Below the pieces are notes generated by a model that was not told where the DNA came from, did no database searches, and saw only the letters and a program-made list of their open reading frames with translations. A program made the translations under genes and the position numbers. From assembly GCF_018977255.1 (NCBI RefSeq), contig NW_024704742.1, forward strand, positions 96,288,001 to 96,352,000: DNA of 64,000 nucleotides, given 5' to 3'. This document shows positions 50,481 through 64,000 of the stretch, piece by piece (the stretch's first letter is position 1; the number at the start of each line of letters is the position of its first letter). The stretch is from Callorhinchus milii. Its lineage: Eukaryota.

Positions 50481-52464
50481 CAAATCTGGGACCTAACACG
50501 ATGCAAAATTCTTACCAACTTGCGACTTGTGCAATGGGTTTACCAGCTGTGATGATAGTTAATCAGCAATCAATTTCAGCCGACCATGTAAGATGATATT
50601 TTCAATGAGCTGCATAGTGATTTCAATTGCATGACTTATAGGATAAGGAAAATCACTATTCAAATATGCACTTTGTGAGGAAACTATTTGCAAGCAGCAC
50701 AGCATTACTGTTGCTTTATAAGTGTGACATATCCTATAAGATAATTTACTCTTACACATCCAATGATCAGTTTGATGAAATGATTCAATCTTACTTTCGT
50801 TTTAGTTTCCTCCAGTGGTAAAGAAAGCAAAATACCATGTCCAATTAAGCCATTCTTTAAGGAATCACAATTGAAAAGTTTAATCAAAGGGGGATTTCTC
50901 TTTCTTTTAAGCGACTGTGTTACCTGCTAACTTTTTTGTCCAGCTTTTCTCCCCTTCTCCTCTCTCCGGAGCACATATCTGCCATAGCTAAGATTAAGAG
51001 AATGTAAATTACCTTCTTTAAAGATGTCGATCTATCTACTATTGTGGTGACCATTAGAAATCATTTGAAGGCAAGCAGGCGCCAACTTTTCTTCTGTTTT
51101 TTCCTTGCTCCTGTGGAAGTACCTTGCTTCTACTCAGCTCCTCTCACTATGATAGGCCAAGATTGGAATTTCTCCAATCTGTGCCCTATAACTTCTTGCA
51201 CACCCTCTGGATACCGACTGCCTAAACTCTGTACTTTCTTGCAAAATTGGGGCGGGGGTGTCCTTGAGACCCTAACGAGTTATCAAATTTGTCAATATTG
51301 CTAAACGTGTTCTTAATTACCCACCAAATGCACTGCAACTTCCATAGCTACCCCTTTAAAACAGAAATGTTTTAGTGACATTTAGTCTCAATGTTTACAC
51401 TCCGTAAATAGAGTTAAACTGGCACAACTCAGATCAGGAAATCTGCTTTATACTTGGTTTCCTGTGTATTTTTTTACCAGGTGCTGCTGCCAGAAGCTGA
51501 ACTGTAGGAGTATGCGGTGAGGATCAGGCAAGCTCATTACTAAAGTAATTCAGGAGACTTTAAACCAATGATTATTAGGTTAGGAACACATTTGTCAATA
51601 TTGCTGAACATGTTCTTAATTAATACAAGGAATTCATTAAGAAATGCTGCAAATTTTACCCCATTCTTCAACAAAATAAAAACTCGCATTAGATGGTGCA
51701 TTATAGTAAATAAATATATGCCTTTATTAAGTATTTTGTAATAAATCATGTATTTTATTGTTTTGAAATTATATTTAGCTTTTGGAAAATCTTTTTTTAG
51801 GTGCAGCATAACATGCATCATTGAAACAGGGCACAAAGAGTAAATACCCCACTGTCAGCGATGGATATGCTTAACATCATCTTGTGCAAGAGAACTTGCC
51901 ACTCTGTAATAATAACAATAATAATCTGATAATAATAATCCTTGCATTCGATATAGAGTCTTATCATGTCTTCAAGATGTCTCAAAATGCTTTACAGAAT
52001 ATACAGTGTATATTGCTGATCTGTACACACCTCCCTAGCTGAGTACATAGAGCTTAAATAATTGTAGGTGAGGTTTTTTTTATTATTTAATTATATTTTA
52101 AAACTAGAATGAGGAACTACCAGGATGTGCTAATTTATCATCCTCAATTGCAAGCAATTACAGTCAGAATATCCTTTATGAAACCTTCAATTATTTACTT
52201 GGACATGGGACAGGAGCATTATAATTAATCAATACCTGGAGGAAATCATGGACAAGATGTTACCAGATCCATTCCAGTTTTTCCCCTTACCTGTCCTCTC
52301 CTGGAAGCAGGCATTCACGGTGAAGTATGGCTCTGTGTTACCCCTCCAGAGCTTTGCTGAAGTGATTGACTTCTTCATGTGTGAGTCTGAAAAATGAATC
52401 CATCACAGCCTCCACGAATGTACACTTCCAGTGGGTCCTTTGGATAGAAGAAATAAATGAAAGA

Positions 52465-52740
52465 GCATTCATTTTGATAGCACCTTTTCATGTCAAAACG
52501 TTTCAAAGCACTCTACAGATAAATGCCAAATGTAGTGGCTGTGTCTTTCTAATGAAACATGGCAACCATTTGCTCTAGCAAGGCCCCCAGGCATCCATGA
52601 GCTGAATCACAATTAATCTGGAGGATTGGTGGCTTCGACATTTGGAGAAAATCCCTTTTCTTTTCCAATAGCATCACATGATTTTTAACGTCCATCTGCA
52701 AAACAGAGAGACCTCGGTTGAACAACCCATCCCAAAAACA
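52465..52740 (-). mobile_element. Deu-domain SINE, degraded
   Basis: Tail and tttaacgtccatctg...acctcggttgaac. Confidence 0.65.
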
Positions 52741-55700
52741 TTGAATAGCAGTCAGGAGGGGGGATACTGTCTGATTTTGCCATCGCTGTCTAGGCTGAGA
52801 AAGTTGAAGAAAATTGTAGCACCCTTACTTATCTCACCTAAGATCAGCTAACTCAGTATAAATCAGGTACTCAACAATAAACTCTCCGTAGAACTTGGGA
52901 CATTTCCTGAACTGTATGGCTCAGTACTCACACATTTGCTGATACCAACTTCTACTGAGTCATTTGCTATTTACCCCACTTGAAGTAAACAATGTTTGTA
53001 ACAGCATTTTATAACGCTGCTCTTTCAATGTACTTTGCTGTACTACTCAAAGTTGGCTTTTAATCTCATTAATCGTGTGAAGAAGCAGGGTTAGAGCCCT
53101 GTACTGCCTGGTCCACGTATTGACCTCGTCATCAGGAACACTGAGACCAATATGCTGTTACTTCTGAATGAGGCTGTAGGTCAGCACAGACAAAATGTCA
53201 ACAGTGTTCAAATACACCTGCTTTGCTAAATTCAGGATGCAGTCAGCCAGGGTAGAAGAGGAGGTGAAATGGAAGGCCACTGATGAAGTTGAACATGTCC
53301 ACAGAGGAATGGAGGGAAGAAAAAGCTGTCATTCTCCAGCCGGAATCTCCTGTGTGATGAGAGATTGTTATGGCAGCTGACTGAACAGGCAGCAATGTAG
53401 GACTGAGATAGCTGCCAGGCCAGGGGAAAATTCTCTGTAACTAATTCAATTTTGCTCACATCTAATGATGTAGTGAGCTAGAAATGCTGTCAGCCACCCT
53501 TTCCCCATGTTGACTCCTTTTTTTTGAGTACATTAAATTATTCTTGATATGCAAATCTGTTACTGTAAGATCATTGGCTTTTCCTGCTAATGAGATTTTT
53601 GTGCTTTTGCAGTGACATGTGCTAACCGTCCTGTTAAATAATTCATGAATGTAATTAATTTGGAAGAAATCAGATAAAGTGCCAGCGAGAAAAAAATACA
53701 CTTCAAGCTGAATTTGAGTTGTCTGAGGCCCGCAGCAGTATCTCTGTAGCCAGACGTTAATGTCTTTATTTAAAGTGTTTGTAACTAATTATAAACCACA
53801 TAGCACCACAGCTCTTGTTTCATCAGAGCCAGTGCTATGGGGAATGTATTGTAGACTTGAGCACCACAAAAATGAGATAATGAGATAACTGTGCTCAGGA
53901 TGGTTTCATAAATCAGCTGTAAGTTGCTGACTCATGAGATAAAATGTGTTTACTCTTACAATAATGTGCCACTTAAAGTGCCAGGTTGTAAACGGCTCAC
54001 TTTTACCTTCTAGCGCAAGCGGTGGTTGACTTTGGTTTTGTTTTACGTGAAGCCTTGTCGTGTCGATAAATCCCTTGAAGAGATGGAAGTGTTTTCCAAA
54101 AGTACCCACCCCGGTAAAAAATAATTCATATAATAAAATCAGATTAAAGAAATCATGCACACTAAAGCTGCCTGTCATTTCTGATGTTATACTTCCCTTG
54201 CTGTATATCTCTACTTTCAGCTGTCATCCAGTCAGCTGGGAAGGTAAAATGTAGGCGGAAGCCTTTCCCTACATCTGCCATCAATGCCACTCAGCACTGG
54301 TTAATAGGAGATACACGCTGTGAGTGGTTCGCATGCCTGCAATTTACCATGTTCGTAACCTTAACAGCATGGTCTTAAGTAAATTGAATGTAAAATTGTG
54401 CACAATTTTTAGAAATGTATTCCGTTGAATCTTAATTTGGAAGTCAACTCTTCATAATTCTTAAACAAGACTTTCAAAGACACAATTTAAACATTTTCCA
54501 AAATTCTGCACCCATCTTCAATTTTAAAGCTCTAACCAAAAAGATTTGGTTACTTCTCTGTTCTTTTTTTGGATGGTGGGAGGGCACTCACTTGTTTGTA
54601 TTTGTCTCCACAGTTCTGGTTTCCCCAGTTGCCATGGACCAGTGAAAAAGTTGGTCTACTGATGGTGCTTTTTCACTATCCTGCTGCTGAATACTGCACA
54701 GGAAACATGGACAATACAAATTTCACCCACAAAATATACAGTCAATTTACTTTACAGTATATTCTGTGAAGCATTTCAGACATCTCAAAGACGTGATAAG
54801 GCGCTATATCAAATGCAAGGATTAAAAATTAATTAAAATGTAAGCTCGTACTGTAAAGGCAGAACTAGTGAGGTGAAATGCAATTCGCCATTAGGGTTAA
54901 CAAAAGCACGCAAACTGGTAAAATATTCTTGATGTGGGTGACAAAAATAGTCTTTAATGAGAATACAGAATATTGCCCTGTTATTTCAAATAGCCATTTA
55001 ACTTAAATATGAGATTTTGCAACCAATTAATTTCACATTAACAATTCCTAGAAAATGTAATGAATATTTTTTTGGATTAAAAATTCATAGTTATTAAACT
55101 CAGTCCAAAAGGTGCATTAATTTCATACCAGATCTGACCAGGCTAATGAGTAGATTGGGAGCAGAAGGTATAACTTGGATATAAATGCAGCACACACAGT
55201 GGGTTTCAAGAAAACAATTTTTATTGTCATAATGATGTCTTAAATTATCTCTAAAAATCAGTTACTACGCTTTACAGTGGATACTGTGAAGCATTTTGAG
55301 CTCTCATCCTGACATTATATATAATAATAATCTTTGCATTTGTCATAGCGCTTTATCATGTCGTTGAGATGTCTCAAAGCTATTCTTCTCTGACAGGACT
55401 TACTTTACAGGGAAGTGTAGTAACTGTGTATTTTGCAGACAAATTTACACAGTTATGTTCCCAAACAGCCATGAAGTGAGTGATCAATTTTCTTGGAAAG
55501 GATTGTTGGCCAGCACCATTATAAGGTACTGATGGATGCTGTCATGATGTTGGAGAAGGGGGAGTAGCAATAGGCAGAGTCCCAAGCAGACAGAGGAGAA
55601 GAGTGCACAATAAAATAACTAACAGGAGTAAGAGTCACCATGAGAGAAAACTATTCTGCCTGTCAAGTGCTGCTCTCCTGATCCTGCTCATGACAGACAC

Positions 55701-56799
55701 GTTTTGTGTATTTCATCTATTCCATATACTTTTAAGGCCCACAAAAGGCTTAAAGGATGGATCACTGGTGCATGGAGAATTTAACTACATTTCTTACATT
55801 GTTTGGGAAGGATGCTACCATTGCAATATATACTAACTGGAATATACAATACGTGATAGTCCCTTAGTTGTTTACCGAAGGCCCAGCCTGAAATACAGCT
55901 GTGTTATTACAGCTTCTTATATTTTAAAAAGTAATACCTGTGAAAGTATTTATTTCAAAATTAATCTCACAAAACAGTCTTTTGAAAAAAAACATAACTA
56001 CAGTTGATCCAGCATCAACACTCTAATTTTTAGGGTGACAAAGAGCCATACAGATACATTTTTGCTGTTATAAGGAAAATTGATGCAATTTCTAAGGTAA
56101 AGAGAACTCACCATAAATTTGTACAAAACTTTTTTCGTGGCTGTCATGGGACCTCGAATAAATGGGTATAAAAACCTTGCAGGACTTCAGGTTGTATCAT
56201 TTTCCCATTAACTGTACAGGTTACGCAAACCATCTTACTTTACATAAGTAATCTTCAGTCTCTAATTTAGGATGCTTTGTGTCTTTAGCAGAGAGGATTT
56301 ACAGTCATTCATTGCTGACTGGAATGATACAATTGCCCTTAATAAAGATTGAAGTCTTTCAAAGGCATGTAAGGACAACGTTTGTCAAAATAGCCTCCTC
56401 ACCTTTGCAGCCATGAAGGATCACATGTTGAAGGTTGTGAAGAGTCAGAATAGGTACCAGAAATTATTTATTCATAGAGGACAAGTAACAGCTGGAATGG
56501 ATTATCAGGAAGGGTAGTAAATACCAGGGCACCTGACTAATTGAGGAAGCAGCTTGATGTTCTAATGGTAGGGAGGTATTCTGGAGGAATGAGATCAATT
56601 GGACCTTCTTCATCCTTATCTCTCTTGTATAGGGATTTTGAGTTACCACTCGCTTTGCAGTTCATCCAATGACAAATTCTAAGAATGATACCTGGAATTA
56701 AGGGGCGTAGCTATGAAGACAGACAGGTAGATAGACAGATTACACTCCTCAAAGGTGAGGAGGTTAATGGCTGGGATCTTGAATGAACATTTTTCCTGT

Positions 56800-57345
56800 T
56801 CAACAACAACAAAAACAAATTACATTTGTATACCACCTTTCATGTCAGGAGGATGTCGTAAGGTGCTGGACAGTCAGGGAATCCCCCCAGCTGATGGTTG
56901 GGATCAGGAGAGGTGGAAGGCGGGAAGAGTAGGAGTAGAAGGGAAACCAAAGGCACATTCGAAGAGGAGGGTCTTGAGATGGATCTTGAAGGAGGCACGG
57001 CGAGTTGAGGTGGAGAAACTGACGGATGGAGTTCCAGAGGGTGGGGGCAGACAGGCCAATGATGGGGCGGGCAAGGCGGGGGATGTGAAGCCGGCCAGAG
57101 TCCACTGAGCAAAAGGACTGGACAGGTTGATAGGGGTTTATGAGGTCACAGAGGTAGGAAGGAGCAAGACCGTGGAGAGATTTGAAGGTGAGGTTAAGGA
57201 TCTTGAACTGTATCCTTCGAGTGATGGGGAGCCATTGGAGCCGGCGAGGATGGGGGTGATATAGTCGTGGAGCCTGGTGCGGGAGTGGACATGGGCTGCA
57301 GAGTTCTGGATGATCTGTAGCCTGTGGAGGGAGGAGTTGGGGAGA
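56800..57345 (-). mobile_element. L2 3' fragment
   Basis: LPNSSLHRLQIIQNSAA in ORF 57138..57356; (caa)n tail. Confidence 0.9.
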
Positions 57346-58856
57346 TTGTCAGTCAAAACTTATCACCTTTCCTTCCAGTCAATCTTACCATCGTTCTACT
57401 GTTAGTAGGGAAAGGAGGCTTGCTTACAAAATAACAGTCCCTACACTTACAGCAAAATCCTGCGAAGTGCTTTGAGACATCTCGCTGACATGATAAGGCC
57501 CTATAACAAATGCATGGATTATTATTTATCTCATGACCTTTTGTTTCTCTACAATCAAATCTTATTGAAGCTCACTTGATAATAACAAAACCCATCAAAA
57601 ATACAACTGATATGACCCTGCTTGAAGCAACATTAAAACATGTAGAGTTTGAACTGTTAACAAGGCATTTAAAACTCTGTCAAATCTCCCAAGGACTTTT
57701 TGTTGTTGTTGTTGAGTCTTCGAGAAGGACATGCTATCTTACTTCTACAACAAGTTTCCTGACAGACATTTGCATGCTGATGCGAATTTCCAATTAATGA
57801 GTTTAATTCATTTATATTTATCCCTCCGGATCCTTGGGTTCCTACAAGTGTCTGCAATTTTCTGAGAGAGCTGCCCTGGTGAGAACTGTTGACACTCAGA
57901 ATTCCATGAATTTTAAACTTGAATAATTGGAATTGCTCCAAATGACAAGTGAAAACCAAGCAAATTATGTACACTGTGTTATTACATGATTGATTTACAT
58001 TTAATACCAAGAATGCTAGGGTTTTACTAAACAGAAATTGTTTCGGTCCCCAAGACGTGAAAATTCAAAACATTTTTTTGGAGCCTTTTTTCAGATATGG
58101 TGATGATGCTGCCATCTGTTTTTGAGGCAAAAGCTAGATTCTGTGTTTTTTTCAACACACATTCAACAACGGCTTTCTGCCAATGTGGACCTTATATTAT
58201 GTTTATTCAGAAACAGTTGCTAGCGACTGCCACTAGCTCCCTATTTTCTGGTTGAAAAACCCATCATTGCAGTAGTAAAGAAAACAAGAGCATACCTCAA
58301 TGCCATACCAACCAGTAGAAAACATGTTTAACTGGTTGCAGTTTTGCCATAATGCACACATCCAGCCAATAAAAAGCGGTTAACGTTGAAAGATATCTTA
58401 AAACGATGGAATCTTGATTACAGGACTAAACACCAACAATAGGAGGTCACAACAGTCAGGGCTGGAGTGAATCTTAGATATTGTTAAAGGTATATCTATC
58501 CCAGATTTCTCATTATTTCTTCACCTATAGAAAAATGGTATTGCTCTCGTCAGGCATAAGAAACTTCTGAAGATCGCCAAGAAATGAATTCAATTTGCTG
58601 ATAAATGCCCAGTGTAACTGTTGGTTCAGCAATGCAATTTCCAAGCAAATTGTGTTGGGAGTCCAACAGCCAAGACTACCTGAGGAGGTGCTTTCTCTCA
58701 GCACATCAGTTTTCAGTGTGAAACAAAATAGATGCAAATCAATTTGGCTTCCGTACCAAAGAGACCTCTTAAAAAGTTTAAGGAAGGAACCAATTTTAAT
58801 AAATGAAAAAGACAATTGAATGCAGTTATCACTTCAATAGGAAGGCAGTAGAGTAT

Positions 58857-59275
58857 GTCAGCCTGACTCACTTGGTAGCACTCTCACCAGAAGTGAGTCA
58901 GAAGATTGTAGGTCCAGACCCATTGTCGAGATTTTGAACTTATATAAGATTGTCAAATGCTCCAGTACAATGCAAGGGGTGTGCTGCATTGTTGAGCTGC
59001 TGTCCTATGGATGTGAAGCTGAGATCCCATCTGGGTGAATATTAAGGATCCCAAGATATTTGAAAGGGAAGGAAGTTTCTGCTGTTGTCCTGGCTAAGAT
59101 TTCCTGAAACAAAATGGCCATTCACTTCACTGTTGTTTGAGGATGTTACTGTGGGTAAATTAGGTGCTGTGTTCATGTACAAAGTCACTACATTTTACAG
59201 TATACCCTGTGAAGTGATTTGAGACATCCTCCTTATGTGAGAGGTGCTATATCAAATATAAGGATTATTATAGTA
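58857..59275 (+). mobile_element. Deu-domain SINE, degraded
   Basis: gtcagcctgactcacttggtagcactctc head; ggattattat tail. Confidence 0.8.
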
Positions 59276-59878
59276 TTATTTTGGAAGGTTGAGATCAAAC
59301 GGCTTGAAGGGCCTTCTTAATCTAAAACTCTCTTGTGATCTTATGAATAACGTTGCAAAACCCATAATGGAGCAACTTATAAGTCGTGGAGAACACTCCT
59401 GAGAATATGGCTATTGCAATTGGGAACAGAAAGTATATATCCTGTTTTACGATTGGGTCCAAAATTCCTCCAATTGATATGAAAATAAATTTGTTTACAG
59501 TTAGCACAGAAGTGCTGCCTCGATCTCCTCTCCCTGACTCATGTCTCCTCTCCCTCCTCTCATGTCTCACTCATTGCTCAATATGATTTACATGACCAGC
59601 TGTCTTGGATTTTCAAGCTGTTTTCTGTTCTGCAAGTGGAAGAGAGCTGAGGAAATGCTCATTAAAACATGTTTTTCATTGATTTATTAGAACGTGACAC
59701 TGTTTCTTTTTTAATCTTGGAATTGGCGACAAGTTGGCGACAATTTGCTAGTCCAGGCTCCTTAGAATTCATGGTCCATCATGTCTGTGCTGGCTCCCTC
59801 AAAAGCAATCCTTTAAGAGTCATTTACCTGCCCTTACCCCACACCAATGTCGCTGACTCTTTCTAAAGTATTTACCCA

Positions 59879-60257
59879 CAGGGTGTTCAGAAAGTCCTGT
59901 AACCTCCATGTTTTTTTTCTACTGTCCACTGACCAACAACTGAAACATGTGAAAGAATTATGATAATTGTATTTAGAATTTAGAAGTACTTAATTGTATG
60001 CAGTTCAAGTGTTTAATTGTATGTTGATTTCCAGAGGATCGGTGTGAGCGCCATCATTTTCGTGGCAGATAATGCTCCATCGTCATGTTTGGTGCAACAT
60101 GTTCCATAACATGGATGGAGTGAGGAGGAAGTTACTGGTATCAGGCATTGTTACACTTGACTCATCTGCAATAGAAAATAAAAATTAATTAAAAGAAACA
60201 GGGGTGGCGGGGTGGAGCGGGCGGGGGGGGTGTTAACAGGGCTTTGTGAGCATCCTA
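59879..60257. mobile_element. Non-autonomous Tc1/mariner-like element with imperfect ~25-bp TIRs
   Basis: cagggtgttcagaaagtcctgtaac vs gttaacagggctttgtgagcatccta; flanks CA and TA. Confidence 0.65.
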
Positions 60258-60649
60258 TAGATGCTTCTTGAAAGCCGATCTGGATTTTGCCTCAATCACT
60301 GATCCTTGTAAGGCATTCCACATCCTAGCTACTCCTACAAATTTGCCTAAACTCCCCATATGCTCATTTACTATCTTAAATTGGATGCAGGCGAGGGTAC
60401 CATTGAGGTTGAAAACTGCTTCTCTCAAATGTGATAGCTTATTGCTGGAAAAAGCAAAATATACACTACGTCTCCACATATGAATCCCATATAGATCACA
60501 ATGATGCACAAGATCTCAGCTCCCAGGTGATTCTGGGTCAGAGCTGAGGTCTCAAGAGTTGGCGTTGCATGTGTGAGAACTCCCGCCAGAGATGCAGGTT
60601 ATGTTGCAAGGCACATTTCCAGCTGTCAGACATCAGTAACACCACCAAA

Positions 60650-60875
60650 GGAACATAGGAATATAGGAACAGGAGTGGGGCAACCAGTCACTCGAGCCTG
60701 TTCCTCCATTCTGTTAGATCATGGTTGATCTATACCTCAACTCCAATTAGCTGCCTTTGCCCCATATCCCTTGATATCCTTACCTAACAAAAATCTATCC
60801 ACCTCAGTCTTGAAAATTTTAATGAATCCAGCATCCACAGCCTTTTGGGGGAAAGAATTCCAGATTCTATTTTCC
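60650..60875 (-). mobile_element. CR1 3' end
   Basis: gaacataggaatataggaacaggagt...ctcgagcctgttcctccattc...agatcatggttgatct. Confidence 0.85.
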
Positions 60876-62253
60876 TGAGGAGCTCAGTTTCTTTCAACCC
60901 AATTACTGGGCAGGTTGGAGTCAGGATTCAAGTCACTGCAGAGTGTTTCAGTCTCTATTTCAGATTCCCAACACTTCTCATCACATAAACCTGAAGCAAC
61001 AACTCCCTTGCTCTACATTCCTTCCTCATCCCTGCACTTTTTTTTATTTTCTTGATAGAAACATTTCCAAAGCAAATCCAAATAGTAATAACAAAAATAA
61101 TCCTTACAATTGGTATAGCGCCTAGCACCTTTCATATCGGGAGGAAGTCATAAAGCACAGGATATACTGTAAAGTGGAGTGACTGGGTGTTTTGTGGGCG
61201 AATGCAGCATCCAAGTTGCGCATATTAACGTCTTACTAACGGCCATGAAGTGATAGTCAATTTTATTATGGGTGTTGGCCAGAAAATTGGTGAAAAATGA
61301 GCAACATTTGGAATTCTTAAAAATAATTCTGAGCAGTTTGCATTCAGCATTCATCCCCTGTTGACATTCACCCCTCCTCCCCCGCCTCCAGTCTAATGGC
61401 AGATCAAATTCAATTTAACCGTATTGATTCAGAATAAATCTTGTGCCCTATTCACAAAGGCCATGAGTCAAAAGGTATCAAATTACTGTTAGATGTAGAT
61501 GCTGTGATCTTCTGGGAGGCAGTAACCCAGGAGGGATTCAAATCATACTTTATAGACAAACCTGATTCAATGCTCTGAGATTCCCAGCTGCTTGAAAAAC
61601 AGCTAGCATGAGGTGTCCTTCCTGCTTCACAGTCAGAGTATAGTAAATAGATCTGTAGTGTTAGACAATACACTGGTCAGTGCACCAGGGAAACCATTTA
61701 CTAATGAGGAGTGGTGAACTGAATTCAAATCCTGAAGTTCATCATTAAGTCATTTATCCATTTAGGGTTTATACGCAAATGTCTGTATTCTACTCCAAGA
61801 TTTGGATCATTTGGGAATCAGGGTCTTGTTGAGGAAATTATTATAGATAATAAGTCCTTCTGCACTTGCCCACTGACGTTGCTTGCGTTCTTATATTACT
61901 TTCATTTTCCAGCTGTTCCAATAGGCAGTGGGATAAATGGATGCTTTGTGTGGCTGAGGGATAACAGAGAGGGTAAACATTTGAGAAAACGCAGATTTTC
62001 TACTATTTGAGCTGAAACTGATTCTGTATAGTACATATGGTAATGCATAGCTAATGTATGACTCTTTTTCAAGCTGTAGCTAGAACTCTGTTAAATACTC
62101 ATTATAGCGAAGGAATCATTATTGAAAGTGGGGCCATCTGTTCTGATGATATCTGACCAGCGTTTCAGGTGCATGAGCTGTATAATGCTATGAAGGTCCT
62201 GCATCAATTGGATTCAGGAGCATGGGAGAGCACCCCATTCCTTTTTGAATTAA

Positions 62254-62571
62254 TGGGGTGAAATCTGCAGCATGAAACACAAAGGGGTAAAATTACACTT
62301 GGATCTAGATTTACTCCATTAACATAGTATTTCAGAGCATCCAGAAACTTGGCAAATTCTTAAATACAACCTTAACTTTGAAGCCTATTTTCTTTTAAGA
62401 AATATAGAAAAAAAACAGCTTCAAAGGAAAGAATGAATTACAAAATTTGCCAAATGCGGGATGCTCTGAACTGCAATGTTAATAGAGTGAATGGAAAGCC
62501 AAATGGAATTTTACCTCAAAGGTGTTTCTTGTGATGATTATCACCCACTAAGAAATGCAAATTTCACCCCA
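62254..62571. repeat. ~318-bp imperfect palindrome (foldback/MITE-like element)
   Basis: tggggtgaaatctgca/tgcaaatttcacccca; ttcagagcatcc/ggatgctctgaa; ttggcaaatt/aatttgccaa; ctttgaagc/gcttcaaag. Confidence 0.8.
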
Positions 62572-62940
62572 CGGACATGGGAGTTTTAACATCTACTTGA
62601 ACAACCAGAACAGGCAGAGAGGCTCTCACTCCACTTAGTTTTTCATATCCCTCAAAGTAGGACATTTCTATTCTGCCATTTCATTTTTTAGTTCTGCTTG
62701 ACACTTAATCACCTCTTCTCATATCAAATTTTATCCATCTCGATCACGATTTTACTCGGGCTTAAATATTATTACAAGTAAAATCTCTGCGACTTGGAAG
62801 GTAAAGTACAGTTGTTTCAGTTTTAGTGGATAACTTGCCTTTCCATCATAAATGTTAACTAAAAAATATGGAAGCCGATTCAATAGCAACTTTTAAGAGA
62901 GAAGTAGATAATTATTTAGGGAGAACAAATTTGCAGGATT

Positions 62941-63256
62941 ATAATAATAATAATAATCCTTGCAGTTGATATAGTGCTTTTCACATCTTCTAGATGCCTC
63001 AAAGCACTTCATAGAATAGACTGTAAAGTGAATTGACTGTATGTTTGTGGGCGAAATGTGGCAGTCAATTGCACACAGCAGTGTCCCACAAACAGTCGTG
63101 GATTGAAATGACCAATTTATTATTATTTTTTTTGAGGGATTATTATCAGGTGCTTGGAGTAAGGAAACTTGCCCAAGATTTCATCCTGCCGGGCACTGAA
63201 CCTAGGTTTCTCGCTTGCAAAGCGAGTGCTCTAACCACTGAGCTGCAGGACTTCAC
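62941..63256 (-). mobile_element. tRNA-Ala-like SINE (short) nested in a CR1 3' end (~62870-63362, +)
   Basis: CR1 aatttgcaggatt | SINE | atggggagagagcagggaagtggg...ttctatgattt. Confidence 0.85.
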
Positions 63257-63739
63257 AATGGGGAGAGAGCAGGGAAGTGGGATTGATTTGGTAGCTCTTT
63301 TAAAAGAGCTGGCACAGACACGAATGGTTTCTTTCTGTGCTATATAATTCTATGATTTTATGATCCTGCTCAATGGGAATCAAAAGCTACCATTCAAAAA
63401 GAAGGGAGCTTCTCCCAACATCCTGGCTGATTGTTGAACATTGCTGTGGCAAATTAGTTGACAGGTTTGCCTACAAATATCTTGTCACTGCACTTTACAG
63501 TATATCCTATGAAGCATTTGAGATATCCTCCCAACATAAAAGCTTAAATCAAATGTAAGGATCATTATTACTATCTAATGTGTACCAACAATGTCTTACA
63601 AACAGCACTGAATGACCAATCTTAATCTAGTTTATTTTGTAACTAAAGTCGTGATAACTACCCTATTATCTAAACAAAAATCATCATTTATTTAACGCTT
63701 ATTAGACATTGTAATGGTATCACAACTTTTTGGTCACCC

Positions 63740-64000
63740 TACAGATGAAGGAGGAATATCAGCCAAGATTCTGGGAGAATTCACTGATCTTCTGGGTAAT
63801 AATGCCGTGGGATCCTTAACAACCATCTGAACTAACAGCTGGGACCTTGGTTTAACATTTCATCCGAAGGATGTCACCTCTAACAATGCAGTCCTCTATC
63901 AATACTCCATTGGAGTGTCATCCTAGATTATGAGCTCAAATTCTGGTGTGGGTCTTGAACCCACAACCTTCTGGACCAAGGCAAGAGCGCTGCCAACTGA
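63740..64000 (-). mobile_element. Deu-domain SINE 5' part, running off the window end
   Basis: gtgggatccttaacaaccatctgaac...cttgaacccacaaccttctg. Confidence 0.8.

Noticed and set aside
58530..58690. Plus-strand acceptor followed by KNGIALVRHKKLLKIAKK*
   Set aside because: Early stops, weak donor and no recognisable homology
1..64000. CRISPR array, prokaryotic operon or endogenous virus
   Set aside because: Repeats are dispersed retroelements without regular spacers; no long ORFs or viral motifs seen

Overview
This is AT-rich, repeat-rich vertebrate genomic DNA with no prokaryotic genes, no CRISPR array and no intact protein-coding gene that I can name. The repeats are Deu-domain SINEs resembling shark SacSINE1, tRNA-Ala-like SINEs with (ATT)n tails, many 5'-truncated L2 and CR1 LINEs and a Penelope-like fragment. 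That mix suggests a cartilaginous fish, plausibly a chimaera (inference). The window reads as large intron(s) or gene desert, with repeat-free, TAAT-rich blocks that look like conserved non-coding elements. A candidate terminal exon plus 3'UTR lies on the minus strand (~8070-8599). The only long ORF with recognisable homology is a decayed L2 reverse transcriptase (15291-16409). The most striking structure is a young ~745-bp inverted duplication (40728-41473 vs 46321-47072) inserted into a SINE tail, with a 6-bp target duplication and a templated junction. Also notable are a Penelope-like insertion with a 15-bp TSD and a hammerhead-ribozyme core remnant, a family of palindromic foldback elements, and a mariner-like deletion derivative. 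I found no convincing novel multi-gene system. Repeat boundaries are approximate (by eye).
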